From: a candidate division WOR-3 bacterium
Lineage (GTDB): Bacteria; Hydrothermota; Hydrothermia; B15-G9; WFZT01
Assembly: GCA_027053075.1 (NCBI GenBank)
Contig: JALUEE010000047.1
Location: 84,082 to 148,081 of the forward strand
Length of the DNA stretch: 64,000 nt
Direction of reading: 5' to 3'
In this document: positions 8,764-19,025 of the stretch, in pieces
Numbering within the stretch: position 1 is the first letter of the stretch
How the letters are laid out: every line of letters starts with the position of its first letter
Translations under genes and position numbers: made by a program
The notes under the pieces: model-generated
What the model was told of the DNA's origin: nothing
The model's input: the letters and a program-made list of their open reading frames with translations, nothing else
Database searches by the model: none

Positions 8764-11700
8764 ATGTCGCTTAAAGATTTTTATCCTATAAATCAGGGGC
8801 GTATATTTAACATCCATGGCATCATCTTCCATATCCCCGAGGATATAGTGAGTGCCTGGGACGTGGGGAAGATGCCCACAGTTGACGATATCGGGATAAG
8901 GATTCCCTGGAAAGTTGAGCTTCCCAAAAAAGAGAGATTTGAATACTTTGTAGTTATCGGTGCCAATGGGGGCTGGCCCCTTTCCCACCAGGCACGACTC
9001 CTTGTAAGATTCGATGATAAATACCGAAGACTCCCCATTTCTCCCATAAATAGACACTTTGCTCTTTTTGGTGAGATGCAGTATCGAGGACTCTGGATTC
9101 AGGCTGTGCCCGTGGGATTTGCATTTAAAGAGTTAGAAATTATAGGTCTTCAGGCAGAGCCAAACATGGGGCTACTTGCCGGAGTATTGGTCAGAAAACT
9201 ACCTGAATTCAAAGAAAAGTTCGTGGAGAATTTTTTCAAAACGAGGAGTTTCTACTGTGCAGGGGATGTAAAGCCCATAACAATGGAAAAAATAGGTGTA
9301 GGTAGATGGGCAGCTGAGATTGAGGTCCCAGATGCTGAACACGCAGAGCTCGAAATCGGGGTGGTATCAAAGAGTTCGGGTATCCTCTTGATAGATGGAA
9401 ACTTGACCGGAGCAGTCATTGATGGCACTGCGGGCTATCAGGCCATTGAGCCCGGAAAGAGGCATTTTGTTGAGGTAGAGGTTGAAGGTGAGGTCATAAA
9501 GGCCTCTTTGGTCATTTATCCCGATGGTTACCTCAAAGAGCTTGAGAGATGGGCAGAGAGAAGGCTTAAATATATGCTGAAGGGTGTGCCTCGTACTCCG
9601 ATAATCAGGCTTATCTCCCAATCTCACATAGATGTCGCATGGCTCTGGACCAAGGCAGAGACGAGAAAGAAGATAGCACGAACCGTTTCGCGCGGCATAG
9701 AGATCGCCCGGAGATTCCACGAGTTTCCATTCGTTCAAAGCTCCCCGGGTATGATTAACTGGATCAAGCACGATTACCCCAAAACATTTTCAACGTTAAA
9801 GAAAGCTACAGAGGAGAAATTTTTCGAGCCGGTTGGGGCAATGTGGGTGGAGCCAGATGTGAATATTCCCTCAGGAGAATCGCTGGTCAGGCAGATTGAA
9901 TATGGTCTCAAATTCTGGAAGGAGGAATTTGGCACGAAGGTTAGTGTTGACTGGCTTCTGGATTCTTTCGGCTATCCCTGGACACTGCCAATGATATACA
10001 AAAAATTTGGCATAAAGGCGATGATGACGGCAAAGCTCACGTGGTTTGACACCAACCGGTTCCCATTTGACGTTTTCAGGTGGAGGGCACCAGACGGCTC
10101 AGAGGTCATCGTCCAGCATGCGAGATTGTGCCAGTACGGGCTTGGCAAATGCTTTGCCGAATTTGACAGCTTCTGCGAAGATTATATCATCCACAATCCA
10201 CTTGACCCCGAGCTTGCGGGTAAGATTTTTGACGATTCATTTGAATTTGAAGAAAGGGAGGAGATTCCTGAGGCTGAGCCCCCTGCTATGATTCTCTTTG
10301 GAGAGAGTGATGGTGGCGGAGGCCCAACCCTCGAGCAGGCAATGGTGAGTAAAAAGGCCATTGCAACAGGAAGGTTTACGGGTGGTGGTGCAAAGGAATA
10401 CTTTGATGAGCTATGGGAAAGATTCCGTGATTTACTTCCTGTCTGGAATGACGAGATTTATCTTGAAACCCACAGAGGAATTTACAGCCGCGGCAGAGAG
10501 GTCAAAGACCTTCTCAAAAAGAACGAAATCGAGGCCTACAGGGCTGAGGTAGCGCTTGCCATGGCTGGAATAACGGACTTTCAGGATGAGCTCGATGCTG
10601 CATGGAAAAAGCTTTTAATCAATCATTTTCACGATATTGCCTGTGCCACTGATTCGCGGGAAGCGTACGATGAATCTGTTGAAGAATTGAAAGAGACTCT
10701 TGATACATTTAAGTTTGTTGAAAAACAGGCCATCGGCCATTTGAGAGGTGGAAGGTTGGGGGTGCTCAACTATCTCCCCTGGGAGCGCACTGAGCCTGTG
10801 AAAATTGGTGGGAAATTGAAGTACGTGAAAGTTCCTCCTCTATCTGTCGGTAAAGGCGAGCCCGTTGAGCCACCACCGGACTTTGATTTTGAGCTCGGTT
10901 TCAAGGAATGGAAGATTCATTCGATTTTATACCGCGGTCGCGAGCTTCTACGGGCACCTCTTGAGTTTGAGCTTTTCCGGGATGAGCACAAAGGAGCTTG
11001 GACATGGAATATTGACCCTGAGTATGAGCTCAATCCCCTGGCCGTGGAATTTGTTAATCTGAATGTGCACAAGGAGCAGAATAGGATTGTCTATCGCTAC
11101 TCTTACAAGCTCGGCCAGGATTCGCGCGGTATGATTATTATTACAAATGTAAAGGGTAGAAAATGGCTTGACCTCGATATAGTGCTCGATTGGCATGAGG
11201 ACTTTACCATTCTTAAATTAGGATTTCCCTTTAATATCGAGTCAGAAGGGGCCAATTGTGGCATTCCTTATGGGATCAAATTCAGACCCTTCAAGCCAAC
11301 CTCCAGCCTTCAGCGTGCGAAGTGGGAAGTGCCTGTCAAACGTTTCGCAGATGTTAGTGATGGTAAGTTTGGGGTTTCCATTTTTACATTTTCCAACTAT
11401 GGATTTGATTTCAAGAAGGGCTATCCACGGGTAACGCTTGTGAGAACTGCCCCTGTTTGGCCATACCCGGAGCTTGACTATGGTGAGATTCGAATGAAGT
11501 TTGCCATCTATCCGCATGAGGGGGATTATGTACAGGGCGACGTGGAAAGGACTTACCGTGAATTTATCCACCCACTGCGAGAAATATTCTACCGTGAAGA
11601 CATCTCCCTGCTTGAGGTATCACCCTCACCATTGGTAAGTGATTCCATTCGTTTGATGGGGGATGGTCAGGTGGAGGTACGTCTTTTTAATCCATCGAGC

Positions 11701-11802
11701 AAAAGTATCGAGGCAAGAGTTTCGACGCAGGAAATGGAGAGGGAAACGCGTGTAAGGGGATATAGCCTTACTGAAGTTTACATCAAAAACCCGCAGTTAT
11801 AA
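8764..11802 (+). CDS. Glycoside hydrolase family 38 alpha-mannosidase
   Basis: SHIDVAWLW, SGESLVRQ, WLLDSFG, ELW...YLETHRG and HFHD motifs. Confidence 0.9.
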   Translation: MSLKDFYPINQGRIFNIHGIIFHIPEDIVSAWDVGKMPTVDDIGIRIPWKVELPKKERFEYFVVIGANGGWPLSHQARLLVRFDDKYRRLPISPINRHFALFGEMQYRGLWIQAVPVGFAFKELEIIGLQAEPNMGLLAGVLVRKLPEFKEKFVENFFKTRSFYCAGDVKPITMEKIGVGRWAAEIEVPDAEHAELEIGVVSKSSGILLIDGNLTGAVIDGTAGYQAIEPGKRHFVEVEVEGEVIKASLVIYPDGYLKELERWAERRLKYMLKGVPRTPIIRLISQSHIDVAWLWTKAETRKKIARTVSRGIEIARRFHEFPFVQSSPGMINWIKHDYPKTFSTLKKATEEKFFEPVGAMWVEPDVNIPSGESLVRQIEYGLKFWKEEFGTKVSVDWLLDSFGYPWTLPMIYKKFGIKAMMTAKLTWFDTNRFPFDVFRWRAPDGSEVIVQHARLCQYGLGKCFAEFDSFCEDYIIHNPLDPELAGKIFDDSFEFEEREEIPEAEPPAMILFGESDGGGGPTLEQAMVSKKAIATGRFTGGGAKEYFDELWERFRDLLPVWNDEIYLETHRGIYSRGREVKDLLKKNEIEAYRAEVALAMAGITDFQDELDAAWKKLLINHFHDIACATDSREAYDESVEELKETLDTFKFVEKQAIGHLRGGRLGVLNYLPWERTEPVKIGGKLKYVKVPPLSVGKGEPVEPPPDFDFELGFKEWKIHSILYRGRELLRAPLEFELFRDEHKGAWTWNIDPEYELNPLAVEFVNLNVHKEQNRIVYRYSYKLGQDSRGMIIITNVKGRKWLDLDIVLDWHEDFTILKLGFPFNIESEGANCGIPYGIKFRPFKPTSSLQRAKWEVPVKRFADVSDGKFGVSIFTFSNYGFDFKKGYPRVTLVRTAPVWPYPELDYGEIRMKFAIYPHEGDYVQGDVERTYREFIHPLREIFYREDISLLEVSPSPLVSDSIRLMGDGQVEVRLFNPSSKSIEARVSTQEMERETRVRGYSLTEVYIKNPQL

Positions 11803-11922
11803 TTTCGACCTGAAGTTGTAAAGCTTGATTCCTTGATGGTATTTAATATGCGTTGTAAAATTTTATCGATGATTTTTAATAAATAGTTCTTTGAATCAAA
11901 AATTCTCAAGGAGGCATAATAT

Positions 11923-13569
11923 ATGAAGGGTAAAAAAAGAACGTGGGTGGTGTTAGCCTTGATTTTTGCTGGGGGCTTGCTCCACTCTGCAAGTGTTAAG
12001 GGGGTCAAACTAATTCCACCTTACAACAGTCTTGACCTCCTCAATACGAAAAATGTCCCTCCGATTACAGTGGACCACAGCAAGATCAAGGCACTGCAAA
12101 AACCTTTTGCCACCGGGCCTGATGTAACTAAGGCATGCCTGCAGTGTCATTCACAGGCTGCAAAACAGGTGATGCATACATACCACTGGACATGGCTCAC
12201 AAAGGACAAAGACGGTCACTATCGTGGAAAGGGCTTCTTTATCAACAACTTTTGTATTTCAATTCTCTCTAACGAACCACGATGCACAAGCTGTCACGCT
12301 GGGTACGGATGGAAGGACAAGAACTTTGATTTCAAAAACGAGAACAATGTGGACTGTCTCGTTTGTCACGACCAAACTGGGAAATATAAGAAATTCCCTG
12401 CTGGTGCTGGACATCCTGTTTATAAACCCAAGGTGTTCCTCGGCAAAAAGTGGCTTCCACCTGATCTTTCCTACATTGCTCAGCACGTAGGCTTACCGGG
12501 AAGAAGGAACTGCGGAGCATGCCATTTCTACGGTGGTGGTGGGGACAATGTGAAGCATGGCGACCTCTCCTCTGACCTTCTCAATCCGACGAAGGATATA
12601 GATGTTCACATGGATGCAAAGGGACTGAATTTCTCCTGTACAAAGTGCCACACCACCCATCAGCACATGGTTGCCGGCAGATACTATGAGAGATCAGCGG
12701 GAATCGAGCACAGATTGGCTCTGCCCAAGCCAACAAAGAACATGCTCGGATGCGAGAATTGTCACGGGACAAGACCCCACAAGATCAGGATTCTGAATAA
12801 CCATACCACCAAGGTTGCATGCCAGACCTGCCACATTCCGTATTTTGCTAAAAAGAGAAAGACCAACCTGTGGTGGGATTGGTCCACTGCTGGGAAATTC
12901 GATGCTCAGGGGCACAAGATTCATAAGCACGATTCTGAAGGCTATCCAACTTATAAGACCGAAAAGGGAACCCTCGTGTGGGCAAGAATGGTTAAGCCCA
13001 TCTACATGTGGTACAACGGTAACTTTGAGTATGGCTACATAGGAGAGAAGATCGATTCACTGTGGATCGAGGTTAATATGGGAGATTCTGTAGTTAAAGC
13101 TGTATATATAAATAAGCCCCTTGGAAGTCCAAAAGACCCCAATTCCAAGATTTATCCCTTCAAGGCACATTTCTCTAAGCAGCCTTACGATCCTGTTCAA
13201 AACATACTCGTGGTTCCTCATCTCTTTGGGCCTAAAGGGTCTGGCGCATTCTGGGCCGATTTCGACTGGAAGAAGGCTATCGAAACCGGAATGAAGTATG
13301 CCGGCCTCCCATGGAGCGGAAAGTACGGATTTATCAAAACAGTACAGTTCTATACAATCTCACACCAGGTGTCACCCAAGGAAAAGGCTCTCAAATGCGC
13401 TGACTGTCACGTAAAGAACGGACGACTTGCTTACGTGCAGGGTATTTACATGCCTGGAAGAGACAGATTCAAGCTCATCGAAATTCTCGGATGGCTTGCA
13501 GTGTTCGCAACTCTCGTAGGTGTTGTCATACATGGTGGAATTCGTCTGTTTTCCAAAAGGGGGGAATAA
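11923..13569 (+). CDS. Octaheme c-type cytochrome, tetrathionate reductase (OTR) family, C-terminal membrane anchor
   Basis: 8 CxxCH motifs (CLQCH, CTSCH, CLVCH, CGACH, CTKCH, CENCH, CQTCH, CADCH); INNFC and CHFYGGGGDNVKHGDL motifs; signal peptide; GGAGG RBS. Confidence 0.9.
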   Translation: MKGKKRTWVVLALIFAGGLLHSASVKGVKLIPPYNSLDLLNTKNVPPITVDHSKIKALQKPFATGPDVTKACLQCHSQAAKQVMHTYHWTWLTKDKDGHYRGKGFFINNFCISILSNEPRCTSCHAGYGWKDKNFDFKNENNVDCLVCHDQTGKYKKFPAGAGHPVYKPKVFLGKKWLPPDLSYIAQHVGLPGRRNCGACHFYGGGGDNVKHGDLSSDLLNPTKDIDVHMDAKGLNFSCTKCHTTHQHMVAGRYYERSAGIEHRLALPKPTKNMLGCENCHGTRPHKIRILNNHTTKVACQTCHIPYFAKKRKTNLWWDWSTAGKFDAQGHKIHKHDSEGYPTYKTEKGTLVWARMVKPIYMWYNGNFEYGYIGEKIDSLWIEVNMGDSVVKAVYINKPLGSPKDPNSKIYPFKAHFSKQPYDPVQNILVVPHLFGPKGSGAFWADFDWKKAIETGMKYAGLPWSGKYGFIKTVQFYTISHQVSPKEKALKCADCHVKNGRLAYVQGIYMPGRDRFKLIEILGWLAVFATLVGVVIHGGIRLFSKRGE

Positions 13570-13572
13570 AAA

Positions 13573-14169
13573 ATGAAAAAGGTCTATCTTTATAGAATTT
13601 TTGAAAGGCTCTGGCATTGTATCCAGGCAATTTCCATAATAATGCTCATTCTTACCGGATTTGAGGTGCACGGAACCTGGCACATCTTTGGATTCAGAGA
13701 GGCCCATTATCTGCACGAGATTTTCGGTTGGACACTTGTTATAAACACAATCTTTGGACTTTTCTGGTGGATCACCATAGGACAGTGGAAACAGCTATTC
13801 CGCAAGGACAGGATAGAGGAATTCAAGGCAGTAATCAGATTTTACACATACGGAATCTTTAAGGGTGAGCCTCATCCTGGTGAGAAAACACCCGAGAACA
13901 AGTACAACCCGCTCCAGAGAATTACCTATTTAGGAATAGTGTTCTTCCTTGTTCCGTATCAGGTAGTGATGGGAGTACTCTATTACTTTGCTCCTGATTT
14001 ACCGAAGATCGGGCTACATTGGGGTGTAAGGACAATTGCTGCGCTTCATCTGATCGGGGCATTCCTGTTCCTTGCCTTTGTAATAGCACACATTTACCTT
14101 GCAACGACCGGCCATACGATTTTCTCTTACATAAAGGGGATAATTACTGGCTGGGAAGAAGTGGAATAG
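13573..14169 (+). CDS. Cytochrome b subunit (Ni-hydrogenase/PhsC-like), membrane partner of the octaheme cytochrome
   Basis: ERLWH, KYNPLQRITY and AHIY motifs; 4 TM segments. Confidence 0.87.
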   Translation: MKKVYLYRIFERLWHCIQAISIIMLILTGFEVHGTWHIFGFREAHYLHEIFGWTLVINTIFGLFWWITIGQWKQLFRKDRIEEFKAVIRFYTYGIFKGEPHPGEKTPENKYNPLQRITYLGIVFFLVPYQVVMGVLYYFAPDLPKIGLHWGVRTIAALHLIGAFLFLAFVIAHIYLATTGHTIFSYIKGIITGWEEVE

Positions 14170-14178
14170 ATTTTAGTG

Positions 14179-14211
14179 AGGGGGCGGCGCCCTTCGGGCG
14201 CCGCCCCCTTT
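14179..14211 (+). terminator. GC-rich hairpin, probable intrinsic terminator
   Basis: AGGGGGCGGCGCCC-TTC-GGGCGCCGCCCCCT, 10 nt after the stop codon. Confidence 0.75.
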
Positions 14212-14254
14212 ATCCTCCTTGATTCCAACCATCCTGCTAATTTAAAATCCCATT

Positions 14255-14959
14255 ATGCAAACGGTCTATATCCTCATCGGCCTCCCAGGCTCCGGTAAAA
14301 CCACATACGCTAAGGAGCTCATAGAAAAAGACCCAGAAAACACACTCAGAATCTCCATGGACGACATCCTTCAGATGGTAAGCTTCTACAGATTTATCAG
14401 AGACAATGCCCCTTTATACCACGAATTCGAATCCTCGATTTACATAACGGCCCTCGTGCGGGGTTTTAACGTGGTCGTTGATCGTACCAATGTTGATAGG
14501 GAAACAAGAAAAAGATTCATCCTACCTGCGGTGAAAGTTCGCGAATTAGCCAACCTCATTTTCTCAGAGTGGCAGGAGGAGAGGATGAGCCTCTTTCGCG
14601 AGCCAGATGAGATAATAATCAAGAAATTATTTGAGAAACTGGAATTTGATGAGACATCTTTAGAACATGCCATCAAAGAGGAGTTTAGAAAATTCTATAT
14701 TCAATCGCAGATGCCATCACTATTTGGGGAACAAAAAGATTTTTACACGCATCTGAAAAGGGTTAAGAATCTCAAGATTGTCGGCGTCTTTTTTGACCTA
14801 CCGATAGAAACCTGTATCAAAAGGCGTGTTGAAGACCCGGATGTGGTAAGAAGAGGTGAGGGAATAAACTGGGAAGAGGTGATATTAAGACTCGCTGGGA
14901 AATTAGAGGAGCCAGAGATGTGTGAGGGATTCGACGAGCTCATAAGAATTAAGGAATAG
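14255..14959 (+). CDS. AAA_33-type P-loop kinase (polynucleotide kinase-like)
   Basis: GLPGSGKTT Walker A; VVVDRTN; FDLPIETCIKR. Confidence 0.75.
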   Translation: MQTVYILIGLPGSGKTTYAKELIEKDPENTLRISMDDILQMVSFYRFIRDNAPLYHEFESSIYITALVRGFNVVVDRTNVDRETRKRFILPAVKVRELANLIFSEWQEERMSLFREPDEIIIKKLFEKLEFDETSLEHAIKEEFRKFYIQSQMPSLFGEQKDFYTHLKRVKNLKIVGVFFDLPIETCIKRRVEDPDVVRRGEGINWEEVILRLAGKLEEPEMCEGFDELIRIKE

Positions 14960-15016
14960 GCCTCTTAAATTATTCAGATTTGGAAAATAAAGGTTGAGCC
15001 AATACATTTTATCCCA

Positions 15017-15115
15017 GAGACTGTTCGAGAATTTTTATAGATTTACGAGAGGAATACCCCCCACCTCATCCTCCCCCCGCATAAATTTGATTGCGGGGGG
15101 AGGCAAGGAGATGGG
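15017..15115. repeat. Degenerate copy of the MITE-like family
   Basis: Starts GAGACTGTTCGAGAATTTTT; CCTCCCCCCGCA...TGCGGGGGGAGG stem; right end uncertain. Confidence 0.65.
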
Positions 15116-15242
15116 TTACTTCTGCCAAAATCGATCTTCCTTCCACAAATTTTATCGACAATAAGAGATCATAAAAGCAAATTTTTGGAAAATTCCAGAC
15201 CTTCAAAATCTCGCATGGGGGCAATATTATTTTCAATCCTCT

Positions 15243-16229
15243 ATGAACCTCTTGAGGAAGCTTAAAAAAGGTATATTTATCGGGATTGTGCTGTGGGTGG
15301 CAGCTGCTTTTGTTATCTTCATTTTTACATACTCAGAAGAGACGCTTCGTAGTCTAAAATCCATCCGAGTTGAGTATTTCTTTCTCACGCTCATCCTTTA
15401 CATCACAAGCCTCCTCGTGGATTCGTACAAATTCAAAATGATTATAAAAGGCATGACCGGCAAGGACCTGACCCTCGGATACGTCCTGGAAGTTTTTCTT
15501 GTGGGCTTCTTTTTCTCTGCTTCCACTCCTTTTCAGGGAGGCGGATTTGCCTTCCAGATGTACCTTCTATCGAGGAAAGGGGTAAGTGCAGGAGAATCTT
15601 CGGCTGCTATCACTTTGAAGGGTATGACAAACTTTCTCTTTTTGCTCCTCCTTGCACCATTTCTTGTCTATAGTCTCGGCATCTCCTGGGCATATAAACC
15701 TCTGAAAGTTGTTATCCCTGCTGTCGCTGCCATAGTTGCCTTTATCTTCATTTTTGCCAGATGGCCGATCTTGATTAGAAAATGGAGGAAATACAGGATT
15801 GTGGCCTGGTTTTTAAAGGAACTCGAGATTTTCAACGAATCTTTCGGTTCCCTCATCAGCCTTAGAAGATGGCGAATGTTGTTGGTCATATCTGTTCTAA
15901 CCATGATTTCCGTGCCACTCCATCTTTTAATGGTTCCGGCCATCTTCTACGGAATCGGTGTTAAGGTTCCCATTCTCAAAGCAATTACCCTGCACATTCT
16001 CACACAGGTTCTATTCATTTACAGCCCTACACCGGGGGCTTCAGGTGTAATGGAACTCGGAGCTGCATTTGTATTCTCAAGCATCTGTCCTAAGCCGCTT
16101 CTTGGAATTTACACTGTGATCTGGCGCTTCTTCACATACTATCTGAGTGCTTTTATCGGTGGCATTCTGGCTGTTAAAAACTTTAAATTCTTAATTGAGG
16201 AGTACGAGGAGACCCATGATAAATTTTGA
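15243..16229 (+). CDS. Lysylphosphatidylglycerol synthase TM / flippase-like (UPF0104) membrane protein
   Basis: TPFQGGG, PTPGASGVME and WRFFTYY motifs; multiple TM segments. Confidence 0.85.
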   Translation: MNLLRKLKKGIFIGIVLWVAAAFVIFIFTYSEETLRSLKSIRVEYFFLTLILYITSLLVDSYKFKMIIKGMTGKDLTLGYVLEVFLVGFFFSASTPFQGGGFAFQMYLLSRKGVSAGESSAAITLKGMTNFLFLLLLAPFLVYSLGISWAYKPLKVVIPAVAAIVAFIFIFARWPILIRKWRKYRIVAWFLKELEIFNESFGSLISLRRWRMLLVISVLTMISVPLHLLMVPAIFYGIGVKVPILKAITLHILTQVLFIYSPTPGASGVMELGAAFVFSSICPKPLLGIYTVIWRFFTYYLSAFIGGILAVKNFKFLIEEYEETHDKF

Positions 16230-16914
16230 CCGTTATAAAATAATGAAACTCACGAAGGTGGAATCTACTAACGATGAGGTGCTGAATTTGCTACTTTCGG
16301 GGGTAAACCCACCGGTTGTGGTTACAGCAGAGGAGCAAACAGGTGGAAGAGGAAGAGCCGGACATAAATGGCTCTCAAAGCCGGGAGGTCTCTATTTTTC
16401 ACTCGGCATGCGCTCTAAAGGTCTTGAAACTGATTCAAAACTCATCGTTCTTGCATCGCTACCTGTTGTTGAAACCCTCAGATATTTTGGACTGAACCCG
16501 CGGATAAAGATTCCCAATGACGTTTACATCGGGGATAAGAAAATTTCTGGAATTTTAGGTGAGAGAAAATCGGATTTTCTTATTATAGGGGTCGGAATAA
16601 ATGTTAACCAGGACAGCTTCCCCGATGAGATAAAACACCTTGCAACCTCGATGTTCATTGAGACAGGTAAGGTTTTTGATAGAAACAATGTCCTTTACAC
16701 ATTCTTGAAGGAGTTCAACCGATTGATAGATTCACCCGACCTGGCTTATGATAGATGGGTGAAATATGTAAGTGTGATTGGTAAAAAGGCTCGCTTTACA
16801 TACAAAGGGAAGTCCTTGATCTGCGAAATAAAAGCTATCGATAAGGACCTGAATCTCGAGACAGACATGGGAAAGTTTAACATCTATGAAATTTTTGGAT
16901 TTGAGGAACTATGA
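16216..16914 (+). CDS. birA: Biotin--acetyl-CoA-carboxylase ligase (no HTH domain)
   Basis: STND, QTGGRGRAG, KIPND, KKISGIL and GVGINVN motifs; ATG at 16216 follows GGAG. Confidence 0.92.
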   Translation: MINFDRYKIMKLTKVESTNDEVLNLLLSGVNPPVVVTAEEQTGGRGRAGHKWLSKPGGLYFSLGMRSKGLETDSKLIVLASLPVVETLRYFGLNPRIKIPNDVYIGDKKISGILGERKSDFLIIGVGINVNQDSFPDEIKHLATSMFIETGKVFDRNNVLYTFLKEFNRLIDSPDLAYDRWVKYVSVIGKKARFTYKGKSLICEIKAIDKDLNLETDMGKFNIYEIFGFEEL

Positions 16915-17657
16915 TTGCAGTTGTTGATGCCGGAAATTCCACCGTGAATGTCGGGCTTGTTGAAAATGGTAGGGTGATTTTTAAAACCTTTATTGAGACA
17001 AAAAAGGTGCACAAGGGACTTGACCTACCCCAAAAATTTCAGCCAGAAGTTGCAATTTTCTCATCTGTGGTGCCTGAAATAAATGATGTGCTCACGGATT
17101 CATTGAAAAAATGGACAGGTAAAGACCCTATACAACTTACATATAAAACCGCAACGGGTGTTAAAATTCTTTATCGGAATCCCTCAGAATTAGGTGCGGA
17201 CAGGATAACCCATGCTTATTTCATTAAAAAGTTCGTAAAAGAGCCTTCGGTGGTGGTGGATATTGGAACGGCGATAACCATCGATTTCATTGGTGGGGAT
17301 GGTACCTTCGCTGGGGGTGCCATTCTTGCCTCCCCTGAGACAATTTTGCATGGACTTGCTCAAAAGACCTCAAAGTTAAAGGAGATTGACCTCTCAATGT
17401 GGCCTCAAACATTCATTGGGAGAAGCACATCTGAGTGTCTTCGTATAGGACTTCTCCACGGCACCGTGGGCTCAATACTTTATATCACCGAGAGTATTGA
17501 GAATGAGGTTGAGATGGACGTTAAAAAATTCCTTACAGGGGGAGGTGGGGAACGGTTTAAGGAAAAGCTCGTGGATTTTCATTATAATCCTGACCTGAAC
17601 CTTTTGGGGCTTGCTGCTGCCCTTGAGGAAATCCAGAAAACGGAGAGGAAATTATGA
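16911..17657 (+). CDS. coaX: Type III pantothenate kinase
   Basis: DAGNS, SSVVP, LGADR and DIGTAITID motifs. Confidence 0.93.
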   Translation: MIAVVDAGNSTVNVGLVENGRVIFKTFIETKKVHKGLDLPQKFQPEVAIFSSVVPEINDVLTDSLKKWTGKDPIQLTYKTATGVKILYRNPSELGADRITHAYFIKKFVKEPSVVVDIGTAITIDFIGGDGTFAGGAILASPETILHGLAQKTSKLKEIDLSMWPQTFIGRSTSECLRIGLLHGTVGSILYITESIENEVEMDVKKFLTGGGGERFKEKLVDFHYNPDLNLLGLAAALEEIQKTERKL

Positions 17658-18370
17658 AAGACCTTGATATGCCACCAAATGCAATAAAAATACTTGATAA
17701 AGGCTTTGTCGCTCTTCTTGATCACATGGGGGATGACACAACTATTGTCAACGCTGCTCGTGTGAGCTTTGGCAAAAGGGTGGATAAGATGTCGGAAAAG
17801 GATGAGAAGCTTATTCGGTACCTTTTGAAAAACCGGCACACCTCCCCATTCGAGCACGTTCAATTCCAGTTTCACATAAAATGTCCTCTATTTGTCCGCA
17901 GCCAGTGGCACCGGCACAGGACTTGGAGTTACAACGAAATTAGCTCCCGATACACCGAAGTAAAGGAAGAATTCTACGTCCCTGCTATGTTTAGAAAACA
18001 ATCCCCATCCAACAAGCAGGCCTCTATTGAGGAGCCGGCTGATGAGTATTGCTTTAATGTCTATGAAGGTAAGGAAACTCCCACGGTTGAGGCCTATATC
18101 GAGTCGTGCAAACTGTCTGTGAAGCAGTACAGGGAGCTCCTCAAAGCCGGGGTCGCAAGGGAGCTTGCAAGGGCAGTCCTGCCGCAGGCCATGTACACTC
18201 AATTTTACGGCACGGTTGACCTCCACAACCTGCTCCATTTTATCGAGCTCAGAATACATCCCCACGCACAGTGGGAAATTCAGCAGTATGCAAAGGCCCT
18301 TTTAGAGCTCATAACCCCTATTGTTCCGGTTACCGTTAAAATCTGGAAAGAGCTTAAAGGGATGGATTAA
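17654..18370 (+). CDS. thyX: FAD-dependent thymidylate synthase
   Basis: HTSPFEH and RHRTWSYNEISSRY signature. Confidence 0.96.
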   Translation: MKDLDMPPNAIKILDKGFVALLDHMGDDTTIVNAARVSFGKRVDKMSEKDEKLIRYLLKNRHTSPFEHVQFQFHIKCPLFVRSQWHRHRTWSYNEISSRYTEVKEEFYVPAMFRKQSPSNKQASIEEPADEYCFNVYEGKETPTVEAYIESCKLSVKQYRELLKAGVARELARAVLPQAMYTQFYGTVDLHNLLHFIELRIHPHAQWEIQQYAKALLELITPIVPVTVKIWKELKGMD

Positions 18371-18372
18371 AA

Positions 18373-18762
18373 ATGAAGAAATTGTTACTCTACCTTGCAT
18401 TTACACTGCCATTGCTGGCAGGAAGTAAAATCACGGTCAAGGTTGATTCACTCACATACGTTGTGGCACTCGACACGATGAAAACAACCCCAAACGGAAT
18501 GGTCCCTGTTATCTCAATCGTAAAGGCTTTAAACCTTCCAGACAGTACCAGATACAGATTTGTGGGAGATGATGGATATCACCCGGAGAAAGATATTCCG
18601 TATAGCAAACTCAAATACGGTTTTATCAATCCAGAGACCAGAAATTTGAAATGGACTTCAGAAGCTGATCTCACAAAGTGCTACAACGTGAAGAAAGTAA
18701 AAATAATTCAGGTGGTAAGATATCCAAATAAAAACAACACACAGAAATTCCATCGAGAATGA
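18373..18762 (+). CDS. Hypothetical exported protein
   Basis: Signal peptide MKKLLLYLAFTLPLLA; starts 2 nt after thyX stop. Confidence 0.7.
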   Translation: MKKLLLYLAFTLPLLAGSKITVKVDSLTYVVALDTMKTTPNGMVPVISIVKALNLPDSTRYRFVGDDGYHPEKDIPYSKLKYGFINPETRNLKWTSEADLTKCYNVKKVKIIQVVRYPNKNNTQKFHRE

Positions 18763-18951
18763 CCATTAAAAAAGTAATCAAGCAAGTCAACTTGTTGATT
18801 GCAAAAGTACACTTTCCTGACTGAAATCATATAGAAACATTCAAGATCCTCCACTTTTTGATCCCGTTTTTTGTTTGATATGCAAGTGTGTTTGAAAAAT
18901 TTCAATTTTAAGGGAAATTTAAGGGGGACATTTTCAAACGACGTTCTTTGA

Positions 18952-19012
18952 TATGTTGAAAAACTACACTTTTGTTACTATAATATGTAAAAATGTGAGA
19001 AAAATACACATT
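18952..19012 (+). promoter_or_regulatory. Sigma70 promoter with operator-like boxes upstream of the XRE gene
   Basis: TTGAAA (18956-18961)-N17-TATAAT (18979-18984); inverted repeat AATGTG-N9-CACATT at 18992-19012. Confidence 0.7.
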
Positions 19013-19025
19013 GAGGTGATATAAA

